The notes under the pieces were generated by a model. The model worked only from the letters and a program-made list of their open reading frames with translations. It did not search any database and was not told the DNA's origin. This document shows positions 30,690 to 41,898 of a stretch of 64,000 bases of DNA, piece after piece (within the stretch, counting starts at the first letter, position 1; each line of letters begins with the position of its first letter). The stretch comes from Acidobacteriota bacterium (GTDB lineage Bacteria > Actinomycetota > Acidimicrobiia > ATN3): NCBI GenBank assembly GCA_003577105.1, contig QEUQ01000009.1, forward strand, positions 1,326 to 65,325. Direction: 5' to 3'. The position numbers and the translations under genes were made by a program.

Positions 30690-31952
30690 TCAATCCTCCA
30701 GCGCGCCCGCCACACGCTCTACGATCGCCGCCGCGATTTCACTCTTCAGGGCGAGAGGCAAATCCTCTACCTCCCCGGCGCGCCAGAGCAACACGGCTCG
30801 ATTGGTGTCAACTTCAAACCCTGAATCTGCTGCGGAGACGTCGTTTGCCACGATGAGATCAATCTTTTTTCGCTCAAGCTTTGCTTTCGCGTTTTCCACT
30901 AGGTCGTCAGTCTCGGCGGCAAAACCTACTACGAACTGACTTGCCTTCTCTTCTCCTAGCCGAGCCAATATGTCAGGCGTCGGTTCCAGCTCCAGCAGCG
31001 GTGGGCCGTCGGACTTCTTGATTTTCGATCCGGCCTCAACCCGAGGACGAAAATCCGCTACAGCCGCAGCCATGAAAACGACATCGCTATCCGCGAACCT
31101 CGAAAGTACTTCCTTCTCCATTTCCGCGGCCGTCTGCACCCGAATGACCTCAATGCCGGCAGGCGTACGGGCGTCACTCGCCGTAACGAGCACCACCGCT
31201 GCGCCTCGCCGCGCGGCCTCGGCTGCAATCGCATGCCCCATCTTTCCGCTGGAGCGATTGCCGATAAAGCGAACTGGATCGATCGACTCCCGAGTCCCCC
31301 CTGCTGTGACAAGTACCCGCACTCCCTCCATCCGCCGAGCTGCGTCTGCCAGATCGGTCAGCGGTGAATCTGAAAGAAGAATCTGCTGAGCCTTCTCGAC
31401 GATCTCCGCGGGTTCGCGCATCCTCCCGATGCCCATGTCCCCTCCAGCAAGGGAGCCTTCAGCCGGCTCGAGTACGTGGACACCGCGGCCTTGCAGGACG
31501 TCGATGTTCTCCTGGGTTGCAGGGTGCTCCCACATCTCTGTGTGCATCGCGGGACAAAGCAAAACCGGCGCCCTGGAAGCCAACAATGTTGCTGCGAGCA
31601 GATCACTTGCCAAACCGGCTCGATATCGAGCGATCAGGTCCGCTGTCGCCGGCGCAACCAAGATCAAATCTGCCCGCTGCCCCAAGCTCGTATGTGGGAT
31701 CGGGTCGGTGTCGTTCCAAAGTGAGGATGAAACACGCCGCCCGGTCAGCGACTCGAGCGCCATTGGAGCGACAAACTTGCGACCCGCCTCAGTGACTACT
31801 GGCACCACATCAGCACCCGTCCGCTGTAGCCTTCGCAAGATCTCGACGGACTTGTAGGCAGCGATTCCTCCTGAGATTCCCAGGATCACCGTCCTGCCGG
31901 CTAAGGGAGCTTCAGATTTCGCCAACGATCGGATCTTTCGTGTTGTTTGCAC
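30690..31952 (-). CDS. coaBC: Bifunctional phosphopantothenoylcysteine decarboxylase / phosphopantothenate--cysteine ligase
   Basis: N-terminal flavoprotein domain (ILGISGGIAAYK) and a C-terminal DFP ligase domain. Confidence 0.92.
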   Translation of the reverse strand: MQTTRKIRSLAKSEAPLAGRTVILGISGGIAAYKSVEILRRLQRTGADVVPVVTEAGRKFVAPMALESLTGRRVSSSLWNDTDPIPHTSLGQRADLILVAPATADLIARYRAGLASDLLAATLLASRAPVLLCPAMHTEMWEHPATQENIDVLQGRGVHVLEPAEGSLAGGDMGIGRMREPAEIVEKAQQILLSDSPLTDLADAARRMEGVRVLVTAGGTRESIDPVRFIGNRSSGKMGHAIAAEAARRGAAVVLVTASDARTPAGIEVIRVQTAAEMEKEVLSRFADSDVVFMAAAVADFRPRVEAGSKIKKSDGPPLLELEPTPDILARLGEEKASQFVVGFAAETDDLVENAKAKLERKKIDLIVANDVSAADSGFEVDTNRAVLLWRAGEVEDLPLALKSEIAAAIVERVAGALED

Positions 31953-32000
31953 TCCCCCGGTGCGCGAACTCCACTACACATGTGGCCGGCTATGGACGCC

Positions 32001-32279
32001 TCAGCCTTCGCTCGCCTTCTCGCATTCCTCGATTTCACGCACTGCCGCTTCGTATGCCTCTTTGTCGTACTCGATCTTTCCTTCAGCAATTTCCTCGAGG
32101 GCGATCGTAAGCGGCTTGCGTGAGGTTGAGTGGACCTGCGGAGGAAGGTATGCCCCAAGCCCCTCACCGAGCTGCCTGTAATAGCTATTGATTTGGCGCG
32201 CGCGCCGAGCGGCGAGGGTAACCAGGGTGAACTTGGAATCTACGTGAGCCATCAGTTCTTCGATGGGTGGCTCGATCAT
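32001..32279 (-). CDS. rpoZ: DNA-directed RNA polymerase subunit omega
   Basis: FTLVTLAARRARQIN omega motif, 92 aa. Confidence 0.92.
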   Translation of the reverse strand: MIEPPIEELMAHVDSKFTLVTLAARRARQINSYYRQLGEGLGAYLPPQVHSTSRKPLTIALEEIAEGKIEYDKEAYEAAVREIEECEKASEG

Positions 32280-32875
32280 GTGTCACGTTCCTTTCTGCAA
32301 CGCTCGATTATATCTGCGGCGTTACGCACGGCCTCTCCGAGATCATCGTTGACTATCTGAAATGTGAAGCTCCCGGACTCGTTCATCTCGGCTGCTGCCT
32401 CAGCCAGCCTTGCATCGATCACCTCATCGCTATCGGTGCCACGCACCCGAAGGCGCTCTGCAAGCTCGGCTATGGACGGTGGAGCAACAAAGATCGTCAC
32501 TGCCTCCGGCATGGCCTCTCGTACTGACCGTGCGCCCTGCACGTCGATTTCAAGGATTACGTCGTTACCCTGATCGAGCTCGTCTTGCACCGCGCTCACG
32601 GGCGTTCCATAGAGATTCCCGTAAACCTCGGCCCATTCGAGAAATTCGCGATTTGCGATCATCGCCTCGAATTCCGGACGCTCAATGAAGTGATATTCGC
32701 GCCCGTCCAGCTCCCCGAAACGCGGAGAACGGGTCGTTGCGCTGACCGAGAGCTTCACGCCATCAAGGCGTTCGAGGACGCCGCTGATTACGCTTCCCTT
32801 GCCGACCCCTGAGGGACCCGAAAAGACGAAGACCTGACCTCGAGATGAGGGCAGGTCTTCAGCTTCAGTATTCAG
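32276..32875 (-). CDS. gmk: Guanylate kinase
   Basis: SATTR...EVDG...YHF core. The P-loop FVFSGPSGVGKGS is encoded upstream of the ORF-track start (32758), in the same frame, which stays open to 32887. The true start is uncertain because no in-frame ATG, GTG or TTG was found. Confidence 0.85.
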   Translation of the reverse strand: MNTEAEDLPSSRGQVFVFSGPSGVGKGSVISGVLERLDGVKLSVSATTRSPRFGELDGREYHFIERPEFEAMIANREFLEWAEVYGNLYGTPVSAVQDELDQGNDVILEIDVQGARSVREAMPEAVTIFVAPPSIAELAERLRVRGTDSDEVIDARLAEAAAEMNESGSFTFQIVNDDLGEAVRNAADIIERCRKERDT

Positions 32876-33189
32876 GCGTTGAACTTCTCAAGCAGCCCTT
32901 TGGCTTGCTTGGCACCGAGTCCCCGGATGCGCCTGCTCTCGCTTATATCAAGCTCCTCAAGCAGTCGGCGCGCACGCACCTTCCCGACGCCAGGCAGTGC
33001 CTCGAGAACGGCCAGAACCTTCATCTTGCCGATGATGTCATTGCCTGGGGCGTTGTCGAGAAGCTCCTGGAGCGAGAGGCTTCCCATCTTCAGCTTCGAC
33101 TTGATCTCCGCACGCTCTTTGCGCGCCTTCGCCGCCTTTTCAAGGGCGGCTTTGCGCTGAGCATCTGTTAGCTGTGGGGGAAGGGGCAT
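32872..33189 (-). CDS. mihF: Integration host factor MihF (actinobacterial IHF)
   Basis: Near-identical architecture to mycobacterial MihF (…GKMKV.A.LE.LPGVGKVRA…ISESRR.RGLG). Conserved position upstream of gmk-rpoZ. Confidence 0.9.
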   Translation of the reverse strand: MPLPPQLTDAQRKAALEKAAKARKERAEIKSKLKMGSLSLQELLDNAPGNDIIGKMKVLAVLEALPGVGKVRARRLLEELDISESRRIRGLGAKQAKGLLEKFNA

Positions 33190-33312
33190 TGGGAACCCTC
33201 CTTGGGTAAGCGTCCATCGGCCTTCGAATCCCGAACTTCAAAGGGGATCTAAGCCCCTCGATGAGGTCGGCGGCATTATAACGAGGAGCAGGTCGCTGGG
33301 CGAGGAGTGTTC

Positions 33313-34251
33313 TCAAGTGGTGTCCAACGCGCCTGTCAGCTCCGAGACTCGGGTGACCCTATGCCTTCGGCAAAACGCCTGAAGCTGCGTCACTATCTTG
33401 GTGGTCGCTCGCGGGTCAAAGAAGGATGCGGTACCTACACCCACCGCAGTCGCGCCCGCCCTCATCATCTCGACTGCGCTCTCGCCATCGGTTACGCCAC
33501 CGGTGCCGATGACTGGTACGTCGGGCAATGCGGTCGCAACCTCGTGAACGCACCGCACTGCTATCGGCCGAATTGCCGGACCGGACAAGCCAGCTGGAGC
33601 GCGCGACGTGGAGAGCCTCCCCGATGAGGGATCGATGCTCATTCCGAGGACTGTGTTGATCAGCGTCAGCGCGTCGGCTCCGGCTTCAACAGCTGCCGTG
33701 GCAACGGAGACGAGCTCAGTGGTGTTGGGGCTTAGCTTCGCGAGAAGTGTGATGTCTCGATCAGGGATGGCCGCGCGAACTACGCGAATCACCTCGCCCG
33801 TTAGCAAAGACGAATGAGCAAACATGGAGGACGACGACTCGAGGTTTGGGCAGGACAAGTTGAGTTCAATGGCTCGAATGTCAGTCATTCGCGACACGAG
33901 ACTTGCAGCTTCTGCGAACTCTCCCGGGCTCCGGCCCCAGACGCTCGCGATGATCGTGGCTCCGGTCTCGGCCAGCTCCGGATATTCGCTTCGGCTCCAC
34001 GCGTCAATTCCCGGGTTCTGCAAACCGACCGTGTTGAGCATGCCGCCGGGCGTTGTCTTAAGTCGCGGCGGTGCGTTCCCCTCCCAGGGAAACGCGGAGA
34101 GAGACTTCACCGTGACGGCGCCAAGATCGGCGGGGTTGACATAGGCGGCAAGATCCATCCCCGTACCAAATGTCCCTGAGGCTGCGACCACGGGATTCTT
34201 CAGATTCAGTCCACCGAGCTCGACTGAGAGATCGACACTGCTCGTCGGCAT
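33313..34251 (-). CDS. pyrD: Dihydroorotate dehydrogenase (class 1-like, soluble)
   Basis: NPVVAASGTFG, NLSCPN and GGV..G motifs of the class-1 DHOD TIM barrel. No pyrK partner is adjacent. Start at MPTSSVD, 1 nt after the carB stop. Confidence 0.88.
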   Translation of the reverse strand: MPTSSVDLSVELGGLNLKNPVVAASGTFGTGMDLAAYVNPADLGAVTVKSLSAFPWEGNAPPRLKTTPGGMLNTVGLQNPGIDAWSRSEYPELAETGATIIASVWGRSPGEFAEAASLVSRMTDIRAIELNLSCPNLESSSSMFAHSSLLTGEVIRVVRAAIPDRDITLLAKLSPNTTELVSVATAAVEAGADALTLINTVLGMSIDPSSGRLSTSRAPAGLSGPAIRPIAVRCVHEVATALPDVPVIGTGGVTDGESAVEMMRAGATAVGVGTASFFDPRATTKIVTQLQAFCRRHRVTRVSELTGALDTT

Positions 34252-34252
34252 G

Positions 34253-37200
34253 TCACATTCCCTGGCTTGCCTTCGAGGCTGAGCCTGCCGGTTCGTCAAA
34301 AAGGTTCAGCTGGTCAGGCAGACCGTGGTACTCCTGAAGTGACCTCGCCCCCGCCTCAGTCCTCGCCATCGCCGCGATTCCCGCAACTGCAGCCTCCGCT
34401 CCTGAAATGGTCGTAATGCATGGAATCTTGTTGATCTGTGCCGCTCGCCGCAGCAGATAGCCGTCGGCGCGGGGTCCGCGCCCAGCTGGTGTGTTTATCA
34501 CCAGACCGATCTTTCCGTCGTTGACGAGATCTACCGGAGAGACGTCGCCCTCTCCCACCTTCGCAACAAGGCTGGAAGAGATGCCGGCTTCATTCAATGA
34601 CCGAGAAGTCCCCTCGGTTGCAAAGATCTCGAATCCAAGCTGAAGCAATCGACGCGCGATCGGGACGGCGGCACGCTTGTCCCGATCACGTACCGAGATG
34701 AAGACCGCACCCCCGCGCGGCAACTCCGAGCCTGCTGCGCTCTGAGCCTTGGCAAATGCGATTCCAAAATTCGACGCTATCCCCATGGCCTCTCCGGTCG
34801 AGCGCATTTCCGGACCTAGGATGGCATCGGAGTCGAGGAAGCGCCCGAATGGCAGCACCGCCTCTTTCACCGAAACGTGGCCCTTGCGCGGTTCTACGAT
34901 GAGACCCTCCTCCCTGAGGTCGCGGATGCTCGCTCCCATCATGATCCGTGCGGCGGCCTTCGCGAGTGGGACACCAGTCGCCTTGGCAACGAATGGAACG
35001 GTGCGGCTCGCGCGCGGATTTGCCTCAATAACAAATACCTCGCCGTCCTTCACCGCGTATTGGACATTGAGCAAGCCTCTCACGCTGAGAGCGCGCGCTA
35101 GGGCGACTGTGTGAGCCTCAATTGAATCGAGCACTAGCGGTGACAACGTCATCGGCGGCAACACGCAGGCCGAGTCGCCCGAGTGAATCCCTGCTTCTTC
35201 GATGTGCTCCATGATCCCGCCAATTAGGACCTCATTACCGTCGAACAACGCGTCCACGTCGACCTCGATTGCGTCTTCGAGGAATCGATCAATCAACACC
35301 GGCCGGTCTTCCGATGCGCCTGCCTCATCGTGTCTCCGGCTCGCCGAAATTGCATCGGCCATGTATCTCTTCAGGTCAGCATCGCTATAGACAATTTCCA
35401 TGGCCCGTCCACCGAGCACATAGCTCGGGCGCACCAAGGCCGGATATCCGACCATGCTTGCGGCTTCCAGCGCGCCTTCAACTGAGCTTGCCGTTGCGTT
35501 TGGCGGTTGTGGAATCCCCAGCTCCCTACATATGGCGCCGAATCTTTCTCGGTCTTCAGCCATATCGATTGATTCCGGACTTGTGCCAACCACAGGCGCA
35601 CCGGCAGATGCCAGTGCGTCGGCAAGCTTCAGGGGCGTCTGCCCGCCCAGTTGCACAATCACCCCAGCAGGCTTCTCGGCCTCCACGATATTGAGAACGT
35701 CCTCGACGGTGAGGGGTTCGAAATAGAGGCGATCGGAAGTGTCGTAATCCGTAGAGACAGTTTCGGGATTACAGTTGACCATGATGGTCTCAAATCCTGC
35801 GTCTCGAAGGGCGTAAGCAGCGTGAACGCAGCAATAGTCAAATTCGATGCCCTGGCCAATTCGGTTCGGGCCCGCGCCGAGAATCATCACCTTCCTTCTA
35901 GTCGACGGCGCTACTTCGTCTTCATCTTCATAAGTTGAGTAGTAGTACGGCGTGCTCGCCTCAAACTCCGCGCCGCAAGTGTCCACGGTCTTGAAAGTTG
36001 GTCTGACCCCGAGGTCAAGTCGGCGCGCCCTCACCGCCTCCGGGTTTGCCCGCAAAATGCGACCGATTTGCGAATCGGAAAACCCGAGCCTCTTCATTTC
36101 GTGAAATCCCTCAGCGGGCAAATCAGCGAGGCTCGATACGGCCGCTGCCTGACTTCCAACTGTCGTAATCACTCGCATCTGACCTAGGAACCAAGGGTCG
36201 ATTCCCGTTGCGGATTCGATTCGCTCCAGATCAACGCCCCTCCTGATCAGTTCGCCAAGCTCGAGAAGTCTGACCGGCGTGGGTCGACGAATTCGTGAGA
36301 GCAACGACTCGCTGTCCACGCCCTCGAAGCGGCTCTCCTCGCTATCGAATCCGAGTCCGCCAACCCCATTCTCAAGCGAGCGCATCGCCTTCTGAAGGGC
36401 CTCCGGGAATGTCCGCCCTATGGACATTGCCTCTCCCACGGACATCATCTGAGTTCCAAGCGTGTCGCTAGACCCTGGAAACTTCTCAAACACCCATCGA
36501 GGAATCTTCACCACGACATAGTCAATGGTCGGCTCAAAGCTCGCAGGGGTCTTCTTGGTGATGTCGTTTGGGATTTCATCGAGGGTCAGTCCAACGGCAA
36601 GCTGTGCCGCTATCTTGGCTATCGGAAAGCCCGTTGCCTTTGAGGCGAGTGCCGAAGACCGAGACACTCTCGGATTCATCTCAATTACGACCATGCGACC
36701 GTCTTCTGGATTCACAGCGAATTGAATGTTGGATCCGCCGGTGTCAACACCAATCCGCCGGATCACCCTGATTGCGGCATCTCTCATGACTTGGTATTCG
36801 CGGTCCGTAAGCGTCTGCGCCGGCGCGACTGTGACCGAGTCTCCGGTATGAATCCCCATTGGGTCGAAGTTCTCAATCGAGCAAATGATTACGACGTTGT
36901 CCGCGAGATCCCGCATGACCTCGAGTTCATATTCCTTCCATCCGAGAACCGACTCCTCAATTAGCAGCTGTGAAATCGGGCTCGCCGAAAGCCCGTACGC
37001 CGCCTTGTCGCGGAACTCATCCATCTCGAAGACCAGGGCGGTGCCCCCGCCGCCCAAGATGAAGCTCGGTCTCAACATCAGCGGAAAACCGATCTCTTCG
37101 GCGACCCGAACCGCCTCGTCGAGATTGGAGGCGAATCCAGAACGAGGAAGCTCGAGGCCGATGTCTTCCATCGCTTCCTTGAACTTCTCCCGGCTTTCCG

Positions 37201-37576
37201 CTGTCTCGATCGCTTGTGGGCTGGCGCCGATCAGCTCGACTCCGAACTCTTCGAATGCCCCCATCGCATGAAGGTCCATTGAGACATTGAGGGCAGTCTG
37301 ACCGCCCAGGGTCGGGAGTACTGCGTCTGGCGACTCCCGCGCAATCACCTTCGCCACAGTTTCTGCGTTGATCGGCTCAATGTACGTGCGGTCCGCGAAC
37401 TCCGGATCCGTCATGATCGTCGCTGGATTCGAGTTGACCAGTACGACTTGGTAACCCAATTCCCTCAGGATCTTGCAGGCCTGACTGCCCGAGTAGTCGA
37501 ACTCGCATGCCTGGCCAATGACGATCGGGCCCGAACCGATGATGAGGATCTTGGAGATGTCATTCCTCAGCGGCAT
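34253..37576 (-). CDS. carB: Carbamoyl-phosphate synthase large subunit
   Basis: Duplicated ATP-grasp domains and an MGS-like domain. Start at [22 protein letters not shown]. Confidence 0.95.
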   Translation of the reverse strand: MPLRNDISKILIIGSGPIVIGQACEFDYSGSQACKILRELGYQVVLVNSNPATIMTDPEFADRTYIEPINAETVAKVIARESPDAVLPTLGGQTALNVSMDLHAMGAFEEFGVELIGASPQAIETAESREKFKEAMEDIGLELPRSGFASNLDEAVRVAEEIGFPLMLRPSFILGGGGTALVFEMDEFRDKAAYGLSASPISQLLIEESVLGWKEYELEVMRDLADNVVIICSIENFDPMGIHTGDSVTVAPAQTLTDREYQVMRDAAIRVIRRIGVDTGGSNIQFAVNPEDGRMVVIEMNPRVSRSSALASKATGFPIAKIAAQLAVGLTLDEIPNDITKKTPASFEPTIDYVVVKIPRWVFEKFPGSSDTLGTQMMSVGEAMSIGRTFPEALQKAMRSLENGVGGLGFDSEESRFEGVDSESLLSRIRRPTPVRLLELGELIRRGVDLERIESATGIDPWFLGQMRVITTVGSQAAAVSSLADLPAEGFHEMKRLGFSDSQIGRILRANPEAVRARRLDLGVRPTFKTVDTCGAEFEASTPYYYSTYEDEDEVAPSTRRKVMILGAGPNRIGQGIEFDYCCVHAAYALRDAGFETIMVNCNPETVSTDYDTSDRLYFEPLTVEDVLNIVEAEKPAGVIVQLGGQTPLKLADALASAGAPVVGTSPESIDMAEDRERFGAICRELGIPQPPNATASSVEGALEAASMVGYPALVRPSYVLGGRAMEIVYSDADLKRYMADAISASRRHDEAGASEDRPVLIDRFLEDAIEVDVDALFDGNEVLIGGIMEHIEEAGIHSGDSACVLPPMTLSPLVLDSIEAHTVALARALSVRGLLNVQYAVKDGEVFVIEANPRASRTVPFVAKATGVPLAKAAARIMMGASIRDLREEGLIVEPRKGHVSVKEAVLPFGRFLDSDAILGPEMRSTGEAMGIASNFGIAFAKAQSAAGSELPRGGAVFISVRDRDKRAAVPIARRLLQLGFEIFATEGTSRSLNEAGISSSLVAKVGEGDVSPVDLVNDGKIGLVINTPAGRGPRADGYLLRRAAQINKIPCITTISGAEAAVAGIAAMARTEAGARSLQEYHGLPDQLNLFDEPAGSASKASQGM

Positions 37577-38739
37577 CGCTCGATCATTTCCACGAAAACA
37601 TCGAACAAGTACGAGGCGTCGTTCGGGCCGGGAGCGGCTTCGGGGTGGTACTGCACGCTCATCGCGGCAATTTCCATGCACTCCAGCCCCTCAAGAGTCC
37701 CATCATTGAGACTTGAATGCGTCGGACGTACTGCACCGAACTGGCGACTCGCGAGCATTCCGAATCCGTCCCGCGCCTCCCACGGAGCGCCTTCGATCCG
37801 ATGGCCTCCGAGCGATGCCGGATCTACTGCAAAGCCGTGATTCTGAGATGTGATCTCAACCCGCCCCGACGATGCATGCCTGACCGGATGATTGCCGCCG
37901 TGGTGCCCGAAATGCAGCTTGTAAGTCGAGCCACCGAGAGCAAGCCCAATGATTTGGTGACCTAGGCAAATACCGAAGACGGGCTTGGCGCCTAGGAGGG
38001 CGCGTGTGTTTTCGATCGCGTATCCGACCGCAGACGGATCCCCAGGCCCATTCGAGAGAAAGACCCCGTCGAATGAACCGCTAGTGATCTCGGAGTGCGG
38101 CGTCATCGCCGGGAGGACCGTGACCCGAACCCCTCGAAGGGCCAAGCTGTCAAGAATCCTCGCCTTGATTCCAAAGTCATAGGCCGCCATGTGAAACCGC
38201 GCCTCTCCCTTAGGAGCAACGGTGTAGGGCTTATCGGTGGTCACCGAAGAGACCAGATCCACCCCCAAGATCGAAGGAGCCTGGCGAGCAACTTCAACTG
38301 CCTCGCCATCAGCTACGTCCCCGTGGCAGATCGCGCCGGTCATGGAGCCGTGGTCCCTGATGTGCCTGGTGAGGCGACGCGTATCGACTCCCTTGATTGC
38401 GGAGATACCGCGCTCTTTCAGGTATTCATCAAGTCGGCCCTCTGATCGCCAGCTACTTGCGTCTTCAGACAAATCCCGCACTACGAGTCCGGAGGCAAAG
38501 ATTCTTCGGCTTTCGGCGTCGGCGTCGTTGACACCGTAGTTCCCAATGTGGGGATATGTCATCGCAACAATCTGCCCTGCATAGCTTGGGTCAGTGATGA
38601 TCTCCTGATATCCAGTGAGGGCGGTGTTGAAAACCACCTCTCCCGTGGCCGGATCATCGAGTTGCGCGCCTGCCGATAGTCCTCGAAATACGGCACCGTC
38701 GGCGAGTGCCAAGACGGCCGGCGTTCCTCCCGAAATCAC
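37567..38739 (-). CDS. carA: Carbamoyl-phosphate synthase small subunit (glutamine amidotransferase)
   Basis: CarA N-domain plus class-I GATase (GICLGHQ, catalytic Cys). Start set at the GTG overlapping the pyrC stop ([15 protein letters not shown]-terminus). The 79 upstream codons in the ORF track are read-through. Confidence 0.92.
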   Translation of the reverse strand: MISGGTPAVLALADGAVFRGLSAGAQLDDPATGEVVFNTALTGYQEIITDPSYAGQIVAMTYPHIGNYGVNDADAESRRIFASGLVVRDLSEDASSWRSEGRLDEYLKERGISAIKGVDTRRLTRHIRDHGSMTGAICHGDVADGEAVEVARQAPSILGVDLVSSVTTDKPYTVAPKGEARFHMAAYDFGIKARILDSLALRGVRVTVLPAMTPHSEITSGSFDGVFLSNGPGDPSAVGYAIENTRALLGAKPVFGICLGHQIIGLALGGSTYKLHFGHHGGNHPVRHASSGRVEITSQNHGFAVDPASLGGHRIEGAPWEARDGFGMLASRQFGAVRPTHSSLNDGTLEGLECMEIAAMSVQYHPEAAPGPNDASYLFDVFVEMIERCR

Positions 38740-40088
38740 GCAATCTCCCGAGGAAATGCCCCGTCCGAGTAGACCAGCGCCCCCTGGCTGACCGTGTGAC
38801 GAACTTGCCCTTTGAGCCGCTTGCCCGCGAACGGCGAATTCTGCGACAACGACTGCATCGCGGATGGATCTGCAACCCACTCCGCCTCTAAGTCCACCAC
38901 AACGAGATCTGCCGGCACACCCACTTCGATCGAGCCGGTCAGCATGTCGAGGCGGAGAATGCCCGCCGGATTCCACGAGAGGGCCGCAATCGCATTTTCA
39001 AGACTCAAATGCCCCGGTCCTACCAGCTCAGTGAGTACAACCGACAAGGCGGTCTCAAGCCCGATCATCCCGGGCGGAGCGTCTTCGAATGCCCGCTCCT
39101 TCTCTTCCTCGGCGTGGGGCGCATGATCCGTAGCGATCGCGTCAATAACGCCATCCCTCAGCCCCGACCGCAGCGCCTCGACGTCATTGGCCGTCCGAAG
39201 CGGCGGATTCACTCGGAATGCCGGGTCATATGTTCCGCAAGCTGCATCCGTAAGAGTGAGGTGATGCGGCGTCACCTCGGCAGTCACCCTCACTCCTTTC
39301 TCCTTGGCGGCCGCTATCGCTTCTACGGCAGCTGCCGTAGAAACATGGGGGACGTGTATCCGCGCGCCAGTCATTTCGGCAAGGGCGAGGTCTCGCTCGA
39401 CGATGACAGCCTCTGCCGCCCACGGTCTCCCGGGAAGACCGAGCCGTGCGGATTCTGCGCCTTCATTCATTACCCCCTCGCGCTCCCCGGCTGAACCGCC
39501 ATGTGCGCAGACAAGGTTTGCGTCTTCCGCATGATTCGATACCAAGCAGTCAAGTTGCCCGGCGTACTCGAGCGCGCGGCGCATGAGCTCCGCGTTTTGC
39601 AGGCATCGCCCATCGTCGGAGAAGAGTCGCACTCCTGCTGCTGACAACTCAGCCATCGGTGAGAGTCGCTCGCCAGCCAGCCCAATCGAAACTGCACCGG
39701 CTGGGACTACCCGGCAGTACCCTGCAAGTTCTGCCTCACGCTGGACAAGGCGAATCACCGCGGGCGTGTCGGCCACAGGGCTTGTATTGGCCATGGCGCA
39801 GACGGTCGTAAATCCGCCCGCTGCAGCCGCTCTGCAACCACTCCGGATCGTCTCGGCGCGCTCACCGCCTGGTTCCCTCAGGTGGACATGCATATCAACC
39901 AGGCCCGGCGAGACCAAGCATCCGCTTGCATCGAGTTCCTTGTAGCCGGTGGCCACATCCTCAAATGATTGATCGCCCGAAGAAACCCGTTCAATGACTC
40001 CGGCCGCAACGAAGACATCTGCGACTCGAAGGCCGCTTCGATCGAGTACTTGCCCGCCTCTGATCCACAGCCTGTCAGTCATCGTCAC
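38736..40088 (-). CDS. pyrC: Dihydroorotase
   Basis: DMHVHLREPG metal-binding motif; amidohydrolase fold. Confidence 0.93.
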   Translation of the reverse strand: MTMTDRLWIRGGQVLDRSGLRVADVFVAAGVIERVSSGDQSFEDVATGYKELDASGCLVSPGLVDMHVHLREPGGERAETIRSGCRAAAAGGFTTVCAMANTSPVADTPAVIRLVQREAELAGYCRVVPAGAVSIGLAGERLSPMAELSAAGVRLFSDDGRCLQNAELMRRALEYAGQLDCLVSNHAEDANLVCAHGGSAGEREGVMNEGAESARLGLPGRPWAAEAVIVERDLALAEMTGARIHVPHVSTAAAVEAIAAAKEKGVRVTAEVTPHHLTLTDAACGTYDPAFRVNPPLRTANDVEALRSGLRDGVIDAIATDHAPHAEEEKERAFEDAPPGMIGLETALSVVLTELVGPGHLSLENAIAALSWNPAGILRLDMLTGSIEVGVPADLVVVDLEAEWVADPSAMQSLSQNSPFAGKRLKGQVRHTVSQGALVYSDGAFPREIA

Positions 40089-40998
40089 CCCCGGCGAGGA
40101 GCATGTACAAGACAGCCATGCGTACAGCGACGCCGTTGGCTACCTGCTCGCCGACAAGGACATTGTCCCTGCGCGCCACGGCGGGGGAGATTTCAATATC
40201 GCGGTTCATTGGTCCGGGATGAAGAATCAGCGCCCCGTCAGGAAGTAGCGCTGCACGCCGTTCGTCGATGCCAAATCGCATTTGAAATTCCCGCATGCTG
40301 GGAAGGCGCGCTCCAGCGCCGCGTTCGCGCTGAATTCGCAGAAGCATCAAGACGTCGGTCTCGGGAAGAATCGAATCGAGGTCCCCGGTAGTTCTGACCG
40401 GCCATGAATCCACAGCTGCGGGCAGCAAGGTGCCCGGGGCGACAAGTGTCACTTGTGCTCCAAGACCGGAGAAGAGCCAGATGTTCGAGCGGGCCACCCG
40501 CGAATTCTCTATGTCGCCGACAATCGTGAGCCTGAGGCCGGAGACCTTCGGAATATGGCGACTAACAGTGAACAGATCAATGAGCGCCTGGGTCGGGTGT
40601 TCATGACGGCCGTCTCCCGCATTTATCACCGGCAGATTCACCCAACGAGACATTGCTTCTGGAACCCCGGCTGCCGCGTGCCTGACGACAAGAGCATTCG
40701 CTCCCATGTGCGCCAGGGTTTCGGCCGTGTCCCTGAGACTCTCCCCCTTCGTAACACTGGACGTCGGTGCCGTGAAACTCACCACCTCGGCGGACAAGCG
40801 CCTAGCGGCCAGTTCAAAGCTGATCCGAGTTCGCGTCGAGTTCTCGAAAAACATCATCGCAACGGTGGTGCCGCGCAGCGCAGGCACGACCGGAATTGGC
40901 CTGCTCAAGACCTCAGTGAAGTTGGCTGCCTCCGCGAGGAGCCGGTCCACGAAGTCCTGCTTCAGTCCCGATGTTGACAACAGGGTCGGGACCGTCAC
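40075..40998 (-). CDS. pyrB: Aspartate carbamoyltransferase catalytic subunit
   Basis: STRTR and HPTQ motifs. Confidence 0.95.
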   Translation of the reverse strand: MTVPTLLSTSGLKQDFVDRLLAEAANFTEVLSRPIPVVPALRGTTVAMMFFENSTRTRISFELAARRLSAEVVSFTAPTSSVTKGESLRDTAETLAHMGANALVVRHAAAGVPEAMSRWVNLPVINAGDGRHEHPTQALIDLFTVSRHIPKVSGLRLTIVGDIENSRVARSNIWLFSGLGAQVTLVAPGTLLPAAVDSWPVRTTGDLDSILPETDVLMLLRIQRERGAGARLPSMREFQMRFGIDERRAALLPDGALILHPGPMNRDIEISPAVARRDNVLVGEQVANGVAVRMAVLYMLLAGGDDD

Positions 40999-41549
40999 GT
41001 AGCTTCACCGTTGACCGGGTCACTGAAGGTGAGGAGCACCTCATCTCGTTCATCAACCTCTCGCAACCGCACGACGACACGCTCGCCTGGCGCCGTTGGT
41101 ATGTTCTTGCCAATGAAGTCAGCTCTGATCGGCAGCTCGCGATGCCCCCGATCCACAAGTGCAGCTAGCTGAATCCTCGCGGGCCTGCCGAAGTCAAGCA
41201 GTTCGTCCATGGCCGCACGAACTGTGCGCCCGGTGTAGAGGACATCGTCGACAATGACGACTGACTTTGAGTCCACCGCCACGGGAAGTGAGCTAGTCGC
41301 CGTGGCCTGAAGACGCCGAAGCCTCACGTCATCACGATGGAATGTCACGTCTATCTCACCCACCGGAACGCTGACGCCTTCTACCCTCTCAATTACAGCG
41401 GCGATACGGCGAGCTAGGACTGGACCACGTGCAACCACGCCGACGAGCACGAGGTCACTCGGACCGGCATTCGACTCCAGAATCTCGTGAGCGATACGGG
41501 TAAGCGCCCGCTCCAATCCATCGGAGTCAAGAACTTGCCGCGAGGTCAC
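40995..41549 (-). CDS. pyrR: Bifunctional pyrimidine operon regulator / uracil phosphoribosyltransferase PyrR
   Basis: PRTase fold with a [23 protein letters not shown] motif. GTG start at 41547-41549. Confidence 0.92.
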   Translation of the reverse strand: MTSRQVLDSDGLERALTRIAHEILESNAGPSDLVLVGVVARGPVLARRIAAVIERVEGVSVPVGEIDVTFHRDDVRLRRLQATATSSLPVAVDSKSVVIVDDVLYTGRTVRAAMDELLDFGRPARIQLAALVDRGHRELPIRADFIGKNIPTAPGERVVVRLREVDERDEVLLTFSDPVNGEAT

Positions 41550-41576
41550 GCCAGACCGATCAGGGAAGGCGCCGGC

Positions 41577-41602
41577 GTAAAAAAAGCCCCCATCAAGGGA
41601 GC
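41577..41602 (-). terminator. Putative attenuator terminator hairpin in the pyrR leader
   Basis: On the minus-strand RNA: GGCUCCC-UUGAU-GGGGGCU followed by UUUUUUU, ending 28 nt before the pyrR start codon. Confidence 0.55.
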
Positions 41603-41657
41603 CATAGCGGTTGATGTTCTGTTGGTGGCGACGAGCGCGTTCAATTTCTATCTCCTT

Positions 41658-41675
41658 TCTCGCCTCACAGGACGA
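41658..41675 (-). promoter_or_regulatory. Putative PyrR-binding loop (anti-antiterminator) in the pyrR leader RNA
   Basis: The minus-strand RNA forms a hairpin CUCG-UCCUGUGAGG-CGAG. Its loop contains UCCUGUGAGGC, which matches the PyrR binding-loop consensus UCCnGnGAGGy. Confidence 0.55.
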
Positions 41676-41898
41676 GCCATTAAAGGAGTCAACTTCTCTT
41701 GATCAGACACCGCTCCGATAAGCCGAAGTGCTTTGGTGGCTGGCTCATCACACTAGCACGGCCGGTGCGCCGATCCAATAGCGGTGAAACCAATCCTGCT
41801 CGCGGCGAGTCAGAACACACCAATTGCACGTGCCAGAGCTCACTTCACGGCGAACACGTCAATCCCAATACGCCACCAGGCTGCTTCAGGAGGCGACA

